Positions 10,569 through 24,909 are shown, counted from the first letter of the whole stretch. The stretch: DNA of 63,726 bases, filler included, from Octopus bimaculoides (GCF_001194135.2; 7 parts of 6 records of this genome joined end to end with filler, not necessarily neighbours in it); one strand, 5' to 3'. Notes: generated by a model from the letters alone, not told the origin. A program made the numbers and translations.

Positions 10569-11832
10569 GCACTCACACAGACACAGACAGACAGACAGAC
10601 ACACACACACACAGACACACACGCATACAAATCTACGCAAATGTATGCCGATCAAAGGAATAAGGGTGGTGGTATATATATATATATATATACATACATA
10701 TGTGTGTATGTGTGTGTATATATATATGTATGTATATATATATATATANNNNNNNNNNNNNNNNNNNNNNNNNNNNNNNNNNNNNNNNNNNNNNNNNNNN
10801 NNNNNNNNNNNNNNNNNNNNNNNNNNNNNNNNNNNNNNNNNNNNNNNNNNNNNNNNNNNNNNNNNNNNNNNNNNNNNNNNNNNNNNNNNNNNNNNNNNNN
10901 NNNNNNNNNNNNNNNNNNNNNNNNNNATATATATATATAAATTTTCGTTGCTTCTTGCAACCTCCTCAATAGGTGTTGACTCTGCCCGTTTTCGGAGTGG
11001 CAATAATTTGAAATACATTTTTTAAAAATGACGCTCTCCAGACGTGACAACATATATATATATATATATTGGGGCTGTTGATTTGCTATTTCGTTCAACT
11101 TTCCTTATAAGATGTAATATCTGTAATGGGCCCTCCCGCTGCCGAATACATACATCAATGCGAGAATATTAAGATTCTACTCCCACCTCCCCAAATATCG
11201 ACGGAAGAAAGTAGGTATTTTAAGATCACGGTGTAAGAAGACAAGATTAAAACCGAGTAGGTTTTTCAATAATTAATATGGTATATTTGCTGAAGATAGC
11301 AATATACTTAATAATGAATATTATTGTTAACAGATAGTAATTGCAAGCTATAATTCTAGTTTTTCTTTCAAGCTAGAATTATTTCTATTAATGTGAAGCT
11401 TGTCCGTTTTCCTCCTTGTATTCGGAACAGATGTTTGTAAATATTCATGTCAGCCGTTTGAGAGGTACTCTGAAAATTTATTCTATACTACCAGATCCAA
11501 CAGCTTTTTAGGAATTCACTGCATTCCTTTCCTACAAGATGGTTTAATGCAGTCCTGACACAGAAAATCAGTTTTCCTTGACCACATTAATATTACTGTT
11601 ATCGTGATTGTTGTTCAGACCTAAGCCAGCCCATATCGAGTATAGTTGCAATCGTAAACATTCCAGCCATGAGTGTCAAACGTTTGGTTTTTCAATTTTT
11701 GTATTTGGCACCTCATTATCGAATGGGCTCTTAGTTTCTTACAATGATAGATGTGATTTTATGGAGATTTCATTATGGATAGAACGCGCGCGCGAGCACG
11801 CGCACACGCACGCACGTACATACATACACACA

Positions 11833-11863
<31 letters not shown>

Positions 11864-11989
11864 TTGCGTAGGCGAAGAGTATGTGTGTATATGTATGTAT
11901 ATTGAAATACATCTTTTCGACAGTAAAATTAGTTTATATCATTATATTCAACGTTTGATCGAGGTTGAATGTTTTATGTTAGTTGTAAA

Positions 11990-12192
11990 ATTGGTTTCAA
12001 ATGTTGGCACAAGGGCAGCAATTCCGGAAATGGGGTTAAAAATTGATTACATCAAGCCCAGTGCTCAGCTGGTCCGCATTTTATCAACCACGAAAAGTAC
12101 TGTCAACCTCAGCTGAATTTGAACTCAGAACATAAGGACATACGAAATGCCGCTAAGCCAGGTGTATTAACGAATCTGTCAGCACTCCGCCT
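11990..12192 (-). mobile_element. tRNA-derived SINE (family with ttagcggcatttcg...gagttcaaattc head)
   Basis: Homologous to 42942-43158 and 51360-51545. Confidence 0.7.
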
Positions 12193-14214
12193 TACACGTT
12201 AGTTGTAACATTGACCTCTTATGTTAATATGTATTACTACATAATTTTCCCTTGATATAAATTTTCTTCGTTCCAATAATTGTTATATAATACAACGGCA
12301 TCATTCTGAATTTTTGTAGATCATTAACGAATTATGTTGACCAAATACCATAATGATTATTTTGATGTAGACATGCGCATTAAATTGGAATTTTATTTGT
12401 CGAATCGAAATTAACATATTTGTATATCCAACTCCCACATATCTTCCATCGACCTGTCCTCTCCGTTGTATGATGTAACATCAACATCGCTCGGTGTAAC
12501 ATTTTAAACATAGAATATATTAAGTTAGTTGGAAGCTGCAGAACCATACTTGCAGAATATGGTGAATTTGGAATAGAGCCAATTCTTAACAGAAACTTTA
12601 ACAGGTCCACTTCGACCTTTGGATTTCTGCCAGCTGCTGTATTCTTCCCATCTTTATTTATCGTTTCAGCAATAGTTAGAGCTCAACTTTCCTATAATAT
12701 CTCTCCCAACCTTGCATAGCAGAAAACTGTCAGTTGGCTTCGTATCCCAATTTCTCTCCATATGAATTCCTCTTTGTTTTCTTCAACACAGTTTTGCTCC
12801 GAGCTACATTTTAGATAATTAGAACCATATTGCAATCCAAGCGGCTGATCTGCAAATTAAATGCCATTGCTTGTTTACCAGCCTCCGCCTTTTACTTAAG
12901 TGTGAAATATCTCACATTAATTTTGTCAGATAGAGAGGACAGGCGCCTCTAATAATGATGACATTCAAATTTTAAACGTTGTATTCTGAAATTTAATATC
13001 ATCAGATTTTAGCAGATTTATCAAATATTTGCTTTAAAGAAGCATTTAAGAGTTCGGTGATTTGGCTGAAGCTGTTTCAATACTACTCTATAGAATGTTC
13101 GAGATCATTGGTTTATATTTTTGATTTAATGCAACAAATATTGTATAAATTTTTTCATCTTCTAACAGAAATTCTCAGTACTTTGAATTACAACACAGTT
13201 ATACAAAATGAAGCAAATATTCAAATTAGAAACATAAGATTTCATAATCTGTGATAGATTTTGCATAACACTCCCTACACTCTGACAAACAGCTAACGTC
13301 ACATACTCTTAATAATGTTTATTTACTTATATTCAAATCAACCGGTGTCATTGTTCTTGGTACACAAACCTCTTCATCGCAATGATGTAAGATTGTGATA
13401 ATAAAGTTATCCCTATGCTCACAAAAAATAGAGAAAAAAACACAAAATTCGATTATAAACCACAGAAGCTTATTACAGCCTTTTCAAAGTGACGATAGAA
13501 GAAATTATTGGTAAAAGAATAGTAGTAGTGATGCCATGTACAGTCAGGCAAAATTATCATCTTTGGAGTGTTTCAATGGAAATAAGAATAAATATTCAAA
13601 ACATACACTAACTGTCAATGACGGTTATTGTTATTGGTTTGGTTCTGAATTTTAGCTGGAATAAGCAGAAACCTGGCAATAAAATCTGTTGTCAAACAAA
13701 GAATGATATTTAGGCAGAATCTTTTATATACATTTCAGTTTGAATAGGGTATGTATTGGACAATTCTGTAGAAATACTTTCGGAACTAGCGGAGCAATCA
13801 AATATATTTATTAACTGAGAGTAGAATGCTGCGAAAAGTAGTGTTTTATACATTTTGAAATCTATCACACGTCTTTCCATTTTAGATTTTAGCAATAAAT
13901 TTCTTAAGGTGACATATATAGTTCTTTCCTGATAAATGAAGGTTCATACACAACTAGAGTATATTGCACTTTTCCTTCAAATTCTGACACTTCTTACTGA
14001 TTGTTCGAGTAGACAGAGTGTACGGAATAAAGATAAAGTAATTAACAGCTATTATCTTAAAGACGGATTTAACTATTCAATTCTATAAAAAAAAAAATAA
14101 AAAAAACAATGAATAGATCTTCGAGTTGCGACAATTTGTTTTAATAAACATTGATGTATACACCGTTTCGAAGATGGAATTAACAAAGGTTCTATTTGAG
14201 TTAAAATATATAAA

Positions 14215-14375
14215 AATAACAATAATAAACAATGATGATGAGAATGACGACGACGACGATGATGATGAGGATAATAATAATGATGATGATGATGATGATG
14301 ATAATAATAATAATAATGATAATAATAATAATAATAATAATGATGATGATAATAATAATCATGATGATGATAATG

Positions 14376-14431
<56 letters not shown>
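14215..14431. repeat. (AAT)n/(GAT)n microsatellite
   Basis: Read directly from the sequence. Confidence 0.95.
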
Positions 14432-14531
14432 NNNNNNNNNNNNNNNNNNNNNNNNNNNNNNNNNNNNNNNNNNNNTTAATTAATTAANNNNNNNNNNNNN
14501 NNNNNNNNNNNNNNNNNNNNNNNNNNNNNNN
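14432..14531. other. Artificial assembly linker
   Basis: TTAATTAATTAA at 14476-14487 within N44 flanks. Confidence 0.95.
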
Positions 14532-14817
14532 GTAATCTTTTTATTATATTTATCTTATGATATTTACTTTACTTTATATTATACTCATTTATTGTGCTTT
14601 TAATTATTAATTTTTCTATATGTGATAGTGGATTTTCATCGATGAGTTCTTGAAAATTGGTTATTTTCCCTAAAACTATATATTTTATATATACTTTATC
14701 TATAAGGCTCAATTTAATTTTAATTTTTTATAAATTGATTTTAATCGAGATTTTTACCTGTAATTTTGGATTTTGTCCCTAATATTATTATTATATATAT
14801 ATATGTATATATATGAA

Positions 14818-14910
14818 TTAAGTACCAGTTGTACATTCGGATTGATGTAATCGACTTGACCCTCCCCACCAAAATTTCAGGTATTGTGCCTGTAGGAGAA
14901 AGGATTAATT
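14818..14910 (+). mobile_element. SINE 3' fragment
   Basis: aagtaccagttg...gatgtaatcgactt...aaaatttcagg...tgtgcc...gaaaggatta matches the tail of the 42942 family. Confidence 0.55.
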
Positions 14911-16329
14911 ATCTACTCCATAAAGCTTTTGAGATGGAAGAATTGTTAATGTGTCAGGAAGATTCCTTGCCTCAGGTGGTATGGTACTTTATAATCTGAG
15001 CTATAATACATCCTAGGCCAACTTTACCTTATAACTCTCTTGAATCGATAAAATAATGTATAGGTCCAGTACCAGTACTTCGATACCTCCTCTCAAGTTT
15101 TCAGGTTGTATGACAAAATTCTAAAATATTATTTATCGATTCTTTCGGAGTCTATAAAATAAAGTACAGATTCATTACCGCTGTCCAATACAATCGTATA
15201 ACACCCTTCTGGCCCTAATGCTTAATTAGAAACAATTATTTATCAACTCCCTGTATTTGAAAAATGCCTTATCAACTTATCGTTATTCACTGCTATTTAT
15301 TTTATCGGTTTTCTTTAATTTCACCGCTTCGCGCGCGCACGTTTATCGACAACGCAATTTTGACTGGCAATATTGGCAATATTTAAAATTCAAATTGAAA
15401 ATTTACTTAAATACTAAACGACATTTTCTCCGATGAGCAACCGATAAAACTAAACGTGAGTGTACAGTTTCACACATTGAAGGAAATATTTCTTAAATTA
15501 ACTTTTTAAGCGCAGATCATCCATCATTGAACTGTCTTCTCTTTTTTTCCATATATCGCGTATCTGAGGCCATATTCTCCAATGTATTCTCCTTATTTAT
15601 TACACATGTGTGTGCTTCGATAATGATCATATTGCTAATTTAGCATCGATAAATTGCTCGACTTCGTAGAATCCAGCTCTGCGCTAAGTTTTCCTTATTA
15701 GCGAAAGGTATGTTACAGTAGTTGTATAGTGTACTCCCTACTTTAATCTGTCATATTCGAACGCCTACATTTGTACGTTATTTCACTACATAGGTTTTGA
15801 ATTAAAGAATTGTGTATTCTTTTAATTAGGAGATGAGCTGCAATTAGATTATAACAGCTATAATTATGAAGAAATGGCTACTTAAAACTAACTACCAATG
15901 TTCGGAACATTGTACGCTTTAGCTAACAAATGAATAGACACGTTTCGTTATAATTCTCATGGGTCGTTCGAATGTTCTTTAATACGCTTTATAGAAGTTT
16001 TAAATTTGGAAATGGAGTGGGTACGTGTGATCCGTGACATTTCGAAAGCGAAATACGTGTCTAATCTTTTAAGANNNNNNNNNNNNNNNNNNNNNNNNNN
16101 NNNNNNNNNNNNNNNNNNNNNNNNNNNNNNNNNNNNNNNNNNNNNNNNATATATATATATATATATATATATATATACTGTATAAAGGTTAACGCGTGCG
16201 TTCTGTCGTGATACAAACAATATATGAGTATATGCATATATATGTACATGTATGTACATACCTTCATCCACATGTACATATAGATACATGACTGGGTACA
16301 TGACGTGGCAAAAGAACATGGAAAAAAAT

Positions 16330-16767
16330 GATAAACAAGGTACGATAAACAAGCAAGCCACATAGAAACATCTCCTTCATCAGCTGCCACACTTAAAACA
16401 CCGGCGTTTCGAAGAATTAAGGCAGTACGCATCGTTGAAATGGTTCTTCCCACGAACACAAATTAATGACCATGGGATTCCACCTACAATCTTTCCCTCC
16501 GAGGCACAAGTGCGGGAAAGGTTGTTTCTCGACGACCAGCAGTCACCCACACATACCAGCCTCCCTTCTCTAATCCACTGATGATTTTCAAGGGAAAGGC
16601 AACTTGGCACCAGTGACGTCGCAATTCATTTCTGCAGCTGAGTGAACTGGAGTAACGTGAAATAAAGTGTCTTGCTCAAGAACACAACACAGCCCGGTCT
16701 GCGAAACAAACTCACTACCTCATGATAATGAGTCCGACACTCCAACTACTGAGCCATGCGCCTTCAC
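16330..16767 (-). mobile_element. tRNA-derived SINE (gtgaaggcgcatggctcagt head; gagcaagacactttatttcacgttgctccag core)
   Basis: Head and core are shared with 32765, 38028, 48675 and 58382. The tail is different. Confidence 0.7.
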
Positions 16768-18449
16768 AACTAAAATCACTTCACAGAATATATGAAATTG
16801 TACGTATCAAAATTAAAGTATGACAATACATAAGAGAAACAATTCTTTCAGAACCTGCTTGTTGCTATTGATGCTTTGTTACTTTCGCAAATTGAGTTAC
16901 ACGCCGTGTTTGTTTTTTGAGATTGTTGTTGTCGTTGGTTTTCTTGTGGTTGTAGTAAATTCTTTCTTTGTAGCAAATTCTATATTTGTAGTAAATTCTT
17001 TGTTTGTAGTAAATTCTTACTCAATTAATTAATCCTAGTTCAACTCTGATATGCCAGGTCTGAGAGCATACATATTCCTGCTATGACCGCACTTTTATTT
17101 TGCCACAGTGTATCTTGGACTACATTACGCAACGTGCCTTATTCAATCACTATATTGTTGTTTTAGTAACATACAGCCTCTTACTCACTCGCACTCTTAA
17201 CGTTACACGTGTATACATACGCTCACACACAAAAACACACACACACTCACACACATCTAGGCTTTCAAACACTCGGATACACACGGTCACAGATACACTT
17301 GCGTGCGCGCTTACAACGTGAACCTAATCAAGAATGAATAGTGCAGTTCTCTTGGAAGGTTTTCGAACAGAGAACAAAATGGACGTAACTAAATATGAAA
17401 GGGCGTTTTAGCTTTCACTCCGCCCTCTCAGCCACTCCCAGATTAGAACAACAAGAATACTAACAAAAACAACGACGATGACGACAGCAATGACAACAAA
17501 AACAACAACGTTAACTTCCGATAATTATTCTTCTTTTTCAGATGCTGAGGTGCGATTTGGTCCCACTTTGTCCTTTGTTGTTGTGTTATTTCTTCTATTT
17601 TTCAGACATAGCAACGCTTAATTCCAAAAGGAAGGATTAATTTTCTTAATTAAAACTGACCTTATAGTCTTACGAGTTTTCCTACTGAAATTAATAAACT
17701 CCCCAGTGATATTTAGCTCTTTAAATACACCGATTAATCATCACAAACGACGCAAACTAAATTCCTAAACACTGACAGGAATTATTTCCAAAGAGTTTCA
17801 CGTTTCTATTAAGAAATAAAAAAATTAAAAGAAAATCAGTATAAACAGCCCCCAGTGTTTTGACACAGTTATACAAGTAAAAGTATTAAACAATTTGGAA
17901 TTGCGTGATAAAAATTTAACACGAATAATTAAGTGTTAACATTCCTCTTGTGTTCTTAAACAGTGCTTTACTTTCCACATTAACTCATTCCAAAGAAGTC
18001 TTGGACCGGAGTTGGCGGACTTTGCAATGTAGTAATATGCGTGTGATTTAATGATATAGGTTTCGTGTCTCGATAGGGCATTTAAGAAGGAAGTCGATAT
18101 TCCTACACCTCTTAATTGGAGCCAATTAACTTATGAAGAACGCACTGGATACGTACACGCGTACTTACATATATGCATATATAAGTGTGTGTGTGTGCTC
18201 ATTCACAAACATATAGGTATATAGGCATACATACATAGAGTAATATATATGCATACATATACATAGAGAGAGACAGGAATGCAGACAGATACACTAACTC
18301 ACAGATTGAAAGATATTTCATTTGGATACATAAGCAAGTAGGGGAATGAATTAATTACAAAAGTACACTGTGCACACAAAACCACTAACACGTACAAGCT
18401 TCCAAGCATACATACATACATAAAAATCTATATACACATATGTATATAT

Positions 18450-18493
<44 letters not shown>

Positions 18494-19149
18494 NNNNNNN
18501 NNNNNNNNNNNNNNNNNNNNNNNNNNNNNNNNNNNNNNNNNNNNNNNNNNNNNNNNNNNNNNNNNNNNNNNNNNNNNNNNNNNNNNNNNNNNNNNNNNNN
18601 NNNNNNNNNNNNNNNNNNNNNNNNNNNNNNNNNNNNNNNNNNNNNNNNNNNNNNNNNNNNNNNNNNNNNNNNNNNNNNNNNNNNNNNNNNNNNNNNNNNN
18701 NNNNNNNNNNNNNNNNNNNNNNNNNNNNNNNNNNNNNNNNNNNNNNNNNNNNNNNNNNNNNNNNNNNNNNNNNNNNNNNNNNNNNNNNNNNNNNNNNNNN
18801 NNNNNNNNNNNNNNNNNNNNNNNNNNNTTACATACCCCACGTCTACCTCCACCCGCAGCCTAACCGACACCCCACCCTTGTTTTCCTCACATCCCAACAC
18901 CACCACACCACACACCACCACACCATACAGCACCATACTATACAGCATCACATCACACCACCACGCACACACTAGCACTGACCACTTCCCAATCACACAA
19001 CCACACACCTACACATACACACGCGCACACATCATGGTCACTAGCCCTCCCCCACACGCACATATATGCTCTCTTATACACACGCACGCACACCTTCATT
19101 TTGGGATCACCACTAATTTATTATCTCCCCTTCTTCCTAGCTCTCCTGT

Positions 19150-19335
19150 GTGACCCCTCTGTCCGGCATTCGCCAAGATAGATCACTCTCCTTGTTTCTT
19201 TCTTTGTTCCTTTCTGTGGAAGAGCGTCGGCTCTAAAGGTTAAAGACTTTTACATTTCCCGAGCGTTAAACTAATACATCTGTTTGTTGTCTACACTACC
19301 TGTCTTCGTCTTTTGTTCTTTGTGAATTCTCCCCC
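19150..19335 (+). repeat. Short repeat with HHR-like GAGC-n-GCTC-GAAAC motif (decayed)
   Basis: Homologous to 49262-49432 (aaagacttt...gagcgt..aactaatac...tacac.acctgtc.tcgtc). Confidence 0.55.
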
Positions 19336-19356
19336 TGTAACTATATGTACATGCAT

Positions 19357-19860
19357 AAGATAAAAATAGAGTTAGGTGTTAAATAACCGCCTAAGGGATA
19401 TTAAATATCCAAAGAATTTACTGTTTTTTATCTAAGTAAATAATAATGTTATGAACTATCGCTCATAACAAATACGTAAATAAAGAAATAATATAAACAT
19501 ACGGTTAATCAATGTATAAATATAAATCAGAAATGGAAACCAAAATGATAAATGGAACAATTAAATAATTAAATAATTATTAACTGATAAATTCAATTCA
19601 ATTTTATTATCTTATACGAACAAATGACACATCTAATAAATTACAGCTGTCTCTACACCATTAAAAAAACAGGGTTTTCAAGAATAATAAAATACTGTTT
19701 TAAATATAATGAGGTTTCATCAGACACACAGATCTTCGTAAATATTTTACGAAAAATAACAATTGAAAATTTTCATAACTGCTAACGCTTTTCAAAAAAA
19801 AACGTTATATAAGAGCGAGTTTTATCATAAATAAATAATCTAACTTTACATTGATATACT
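19357..19860 (+). repeat. About 500-bp AT-rich direct repeat, copy 1
   Basis: Aligns by eye to 20733-21225, with long identical blocks such as attacagctgtctctacaccattaaaaaaa and cagggttttcaagaataataaaatactgttttaaatataatgaggtttca. Confidence 0.85.
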
Positions 19861-20448
19861 ACATTTTTCATTTTGTATAATTTTTTAACCATACAGCTAT
19901 CTTTAGTTTAAAATCGTGTTTTATAAGAACTATCATTGAGGAGGAGCAGGTTTTGAGGAGGAGCAAGTTTTACATGTTACTGTGTTCCTATTGTTATTAA
20001 AAATATTTTGTTTATTAATGAAATAACAAGTAGTATTACTAATAATATCTTCTAAATTTACTCTGGTATTACGGGAGATATTATTAGCACATTTTCTATT
20101 TAAGTTAAAATAAGGAATTTTTTTTATTATTTATAAAATGTGTAATAGTAGCTAAGTTATGAATTAAATCATATCCTATCTTTATTTTTTATTGCTAATA
20201 ATTTCATATTTATTATTTATATTAGAATGTATATTAATTAGCCTATAAATACATTTCACCAAATTATATTTTATCTATATGGCATATGGTATTATAAGCC
20301 ATTTTATCTTTTTAGTATCCACTTTATTATTAGTAAAACCACTAAAATTTGTATATTTATTTTCATTCTTTAAGTAGATATTATATTAAATTTTATTCGG
20401 TTTATTTATATATCAATGATTATAAGTATTAACATTATTTATTATTAC

Positions 20449-20524
<76 letters not shown>

Positions 20525-20732
20525 GTTATTATTATTATTATTATAAATTTTAGTCTATGTGAGAAGTCTGTTATTTTATCAATAAATTCCTTCATATGTA
20601 CATTTTTGGAGGTATTGGTATGTCTTTAAAATATGTATCAATTTTAATAGTTTCCATTATCCATTATTGTTCTATATAAGACAATATATACTAATACTAA
20701 AAAGTAACAAGTAAATAATCAGATTTATGTAA

Positions 20733-21225
20733 AAGATAAAATTTAAGTTAAGTGTTAAATAACCACCTAAGGGATATTAAATATCAAACGAATTTAGTGG
20801 GTTTTTTTACCTATATAAATAACAATGTTATGAATTATCGCTGATAATAAATACGTAAATAAAGAAATAAAATAAACATATGGTTTATCAATGTATAAAT
20901 ATACATTAGAAATGGAAGCCAAAATAATAAATTGAACAATTAAAGAATTTAATCATTAACTGATAAATTCAATTCAATTTTATTATCTTATACGAACGTC
21001 TAGTCAATTACAGCTGTCTCTACACCATTAAAAAAAACAGGGTTTTCAAGAATAATAAAATACTGTTTTAAATATAATGAGGTTTCACCAGATAGACATA
21101 TCTTTTTAAATATCTTACGTAAAATAGCAATTGACAATTTTATAACTGCTAACGCTTTTTAAAAAATACGCTATGAGCGAGCTTTATCATAAATAATCTA
21201 ACTGAAATTTGATAAAGTACTAAAT
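20733..21225 (+). repeat. About 500-bp AT-rich direct repeat, copy 2
   Basis: See copy 1. Period is about 1.38 kb. Confidence 0.85.
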
Positions 21226-21329
21226 TTAAATCTATTACTGTCTATTTTTTTATGGATATTGTTATTAAAAGTATGTCTGTATTGGCTCATGTATGTGAGG
21301 GAGCGTATGTGTATGTATAATTATATGCA

Positions 21330-21458
<129 letters not shown>

Positions 21459-22083
21459 GTCTGCATGTATATATGTAGGTGTGGATATGTAAGTGTACGT
21501 ATGAGTGTGGGTGTATATGTATTGATATGTAAGTAAATATATAATGTGATATTCATGAAGATATAGGGTATTTATCTTGCTTAATTCGTTGTTTTGCCTC
21601 GATGTTCGTATTTGAAACATTCCGTTTGTATTTCTTTTACTTTGGTTTTGATGCTTGTATTGAGCTAATCTTTCGATGTCCGTATGGAGTGTTTCGTTTT
21701 TCGTTTTGTTTAGATGTATGTGAGTGAAGGCATAATGTGGTATACATGATATAGCGTGTTTATCTTCTTCAATTTGTTGTTTTGGGTCTTTGTTTGTATT
21801 TGAGATATTTCATTTGTAGTTGTATTACTTTGGTTTTGTTGTATGTATTTAGATTGTTTTTCGGTGTCCGATTCGAATTTCTTTTGTTACTCGAGTTGTA
21901 TCTAAAAATGGAAAAAGTAATTATCTCCCTTGTATTTACCTCCTATTCTAACATGAATAAATTGTAAGTTTGTTTTATATTATAAATTCCTTTATTTAGA
22001 CTTGAGTTAAATATATAAACTAAGGTTTTACCATAAATATATGTGCACGTGTGAATGGAATTGTATATGTATACATGTTGTAA

Positions 22084-22160
<77 letters not shown>

Positions 22161-23028
22161 TAGATAGATAACTTTCTTTTATTAGCCACACAGGGCTGCA
22201 CACGGAGGGGACAAATACAACTGTAGAGCTTTTCTTTAAAAAAAAATTTTTTTTTTTTAAATCCGAAAATGTCAATTGTGTAAAATGGGATAACATTAGG
22301 TTTATCCATGGAGAGAAAAGCCTACGGAAGAGACCATGGTAACCTCAGCAGGGAATAGACACATGAGAGCGAAGTGCTCTCTCTCTCTCTCTTTTATTTT
22401 CTTTTTTTTCTCTCGATNNNNNNNNNNNNNNNNNNNNNNNNNNNNNNNNNNNNNNNNNNNNNNNNNNNNNNNNNNNNNNNNNNNNNNNNNNNNNNNNNNN
22501 NNNNNNNNNNNNNNNNNNNNNNNNNNNNNNNNNNNNNNNNNNNNNNNNNNNNNNNNNNNNNNNNNNNNNNNNNNNNNNNNNNNNNNNNNNNNNNNNNNNN
22601 NNNNNNNNNNNNNNNNNNNNNNNNNNNNNNNNNNNNNNNNNNNNNNNNNNNNNNNNNNNNNNNNNNNNNNNNNNNNNNNNNNNNNNNNNNNNNNNNNNNN
22701 NNNNNNNNNNNNNNNNNNNNNNNNNNNNNNNNNNNNNNNNNNNNNNNNNNNNNNNNNNNNNNNNNNNNNNNNNNNNNNNNNNNNNNNNNNNNNNNNNNNN
22801 NNNNNNNNNNNNNNNNNNNNNNNNNNNNNNNNNNNNNNNNNNNNNNNNNNNNNNNNNNNNNNNNNNNNNNNNNNNNNNNNNNNNNNNNNNNNNNNNNNNN
22901 NNNNNNNNNNNNNNNNNNNNNNNNNNNNNNNNNNNNNNNNNNNNNNNNNNNNNNNNNNNNNNNNNNNNNNNNNNNNNNNNNNNNNNNNNNNNNNNNNNNN
23001 NNNNNNNNNNNNNNNNNNNNNNNNNNNN

Positions 23029-23531
23029 AAGATTGGTCCCGGACGGCAGAGTTGCTAGAGAGCAACGCGACACTCGCGGTGCCATTCGCCGAGCCTAGGT
23101 CTCTGTTTAATCCACGACTGCAGTTCGGCTAAGGAGACGAGCTGCGGGAAAGCGCGCCGCACAAACGGCGACCACACCTGTTCACCGCCGTCTAGGAAGC
23201 GCCGGAGATGTCGCAGTCTCAGCGCATGTCTGCGCATCATCAACCACGGCATACCCAGCCTTCCATTTAGCGGCTGTTGACAGCAAATGGATCGCCTAAC
23301 CATCGGAACGCTTCTCTTCTACAAGAAGCGGAAGACTATGCGTTCCAGTTTGGTGATGGTTGGGTCGGGACAAGGCACGACAGTCAGACGGTATTCGATG
23401 ACGGATGCAATGTACGCGTTCGCCACCTCCGCCCGACCTTTTAGAGATAGCTTCCTCTCGGCCTATTGCCGGGTGAGTGTGACCACCCTAGTCGTTATTT
23501 CGCCCCAGTTCTTCTCCATTTGGTGGTCCGG
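23029..23531 (-). mobile_element. L1/Tx1-like LINE ORF2 post-RT fragment
   Basis: RKLSLKGRAEVANAYIASVIEYRLTVVPCP...KLERIVFRFL*K...VRRSICCQQPLNGRLGMPWL matches the LSxxGR...LFRFLW...GGLG.P pattern. GC-rich and few disablements. Confidence 0.75.
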
Positions 23532-23631
23532 NNNNNNNNNNNNNNNNNNNNNNNNNNNNNNNNNNNNNNNNNNNNTTAATTAATTAANNNNNNNNNNNNN
23601 NNNNNNNNNNNNNNNNNNNNNNNNNNNNNNN
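23532..23631. other. Artificial assembly linker
   Basis: TTAATTAATTAA at 23576-23587. Confidence 0.95.
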
Positions 23632-23691
<60 letters not shown>

Positions 23692-24909
23692 AAGGGACAG
23701 CTACACGGTGTCAGGAAGCTCGGCATGGCAAACTGAATGCTAGCTATACGGCCTCTCTAACCTTAGCGTAGCAAATTGTAAACGTAAGCCAACGATAATG
23801 TTAAAGAGAGAAAAGTAAATAGAAGAATACACACTCGTATCAACCAAGCTATGGCTTGGCTACATTTACACATCCGCTCTTTAGATTGTTCTACATTCTA
23901 AACTAACACATGCATACATGTACGCATACATATACACGTGCACATCTACGTGCACATCTACACTTACACATATACGCTCGCACACATATCTATGTATATG
24001 CATGTGTACATATAAATGCGTGTATGTATGTATGTACATATATATATGTATGTGTGTATATATATGTACATGCATACATGTGTCTGTGCGCGTGCGCGTG
24101 TGTGAGTAAGTGTGTGAGTAAGTGTGTGAGTAAGTGTGTGCGTGTCTGTGTGTGTGTGTGTGCGTGTGTGTGTGTGCATTCGCATATATATATAAACGTA
24201 TATATACAAATTATATTTATACGTACGCAAGCACACACAGAACAAAATACATACATGTATGTGCGCGTGAGTGAGTGTGCATGCGTGTGTATGTGTGTGT
24301 AAAGTGTGTGTAAAGTGTGTGTGTAAAGTGTGTGTATGTGTGTGCGTGTGTGTGTGTGTGTATGTGCACGCGTGTGTGTATGTGTAAATATATTTATTAA
24401 TGAATCAGAAGACCAGCCGCGTATAACTGCCGCTGTATGCAAACAGCCAAGTATGGCTTTAAGAGTTATCTGCCCTCCAGCCACGAACGTTGCCCTTGTC
24501 TCTGCATTTAGAAGAAAATAGGACGAATCTCGTCTCAATGGTTAGAATCATTCATATATGATGGTGATGATGATGATGGTGATGGTGATAGTGATGGTGG
24601 TAGTGATTTTCCGTGTCCTCGTTGTCTTTCCGGTGGTGGTGATGATGATGCTGATGACGACAACAACTATGATGGTAATGATGATGATGGCGGTGGTGGT
24701 GGTGGTGGTGGTGATGGTGATGATTTCGATGGTGATGATGTTTGATGGAGATAAAAATAGATTATAAACTTGTAAAAGATACGGAAAATTATGGATACAT
24801 TAAAAGTCGATTGAAAAACAGATATTTCTGCAAAACTGGCTTAAAATTCTCTTTATGCAGGACATTGATATGAAACTTTAAAAATTCGTGTAAACAATGC
24901 GAGGTATAT

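Noticed and set aside
12380-12860. Possible decayed coding segment on the minus strand
   Set aside because: No frame gave a recognisable motif, and there are multiple stops.
16955-17025. Four ~18-nt tandem repeats (gtaaattct...ttgta) as a CRISPR-like array
   Set aside because: This is a simple minisatellite with no unique spacers, in a eukaryotic context.
17525-17556. Possible 8-nt microexon (ttttcAG-ATGCTGAG-GTgcga)
   Set aside because: The donor is weak, there is no supporting gene context, and such a match is expected by chance in pyrimidine-rich DNA.
19357-21250. Mitochondrial insertion (NUMT) as the explanation for the AT-rich block
   Set aside because: No mitochondrial protein, rRNA or tRNA motifs were recognised by eye. 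It cannot be fully excluded without BLAST.
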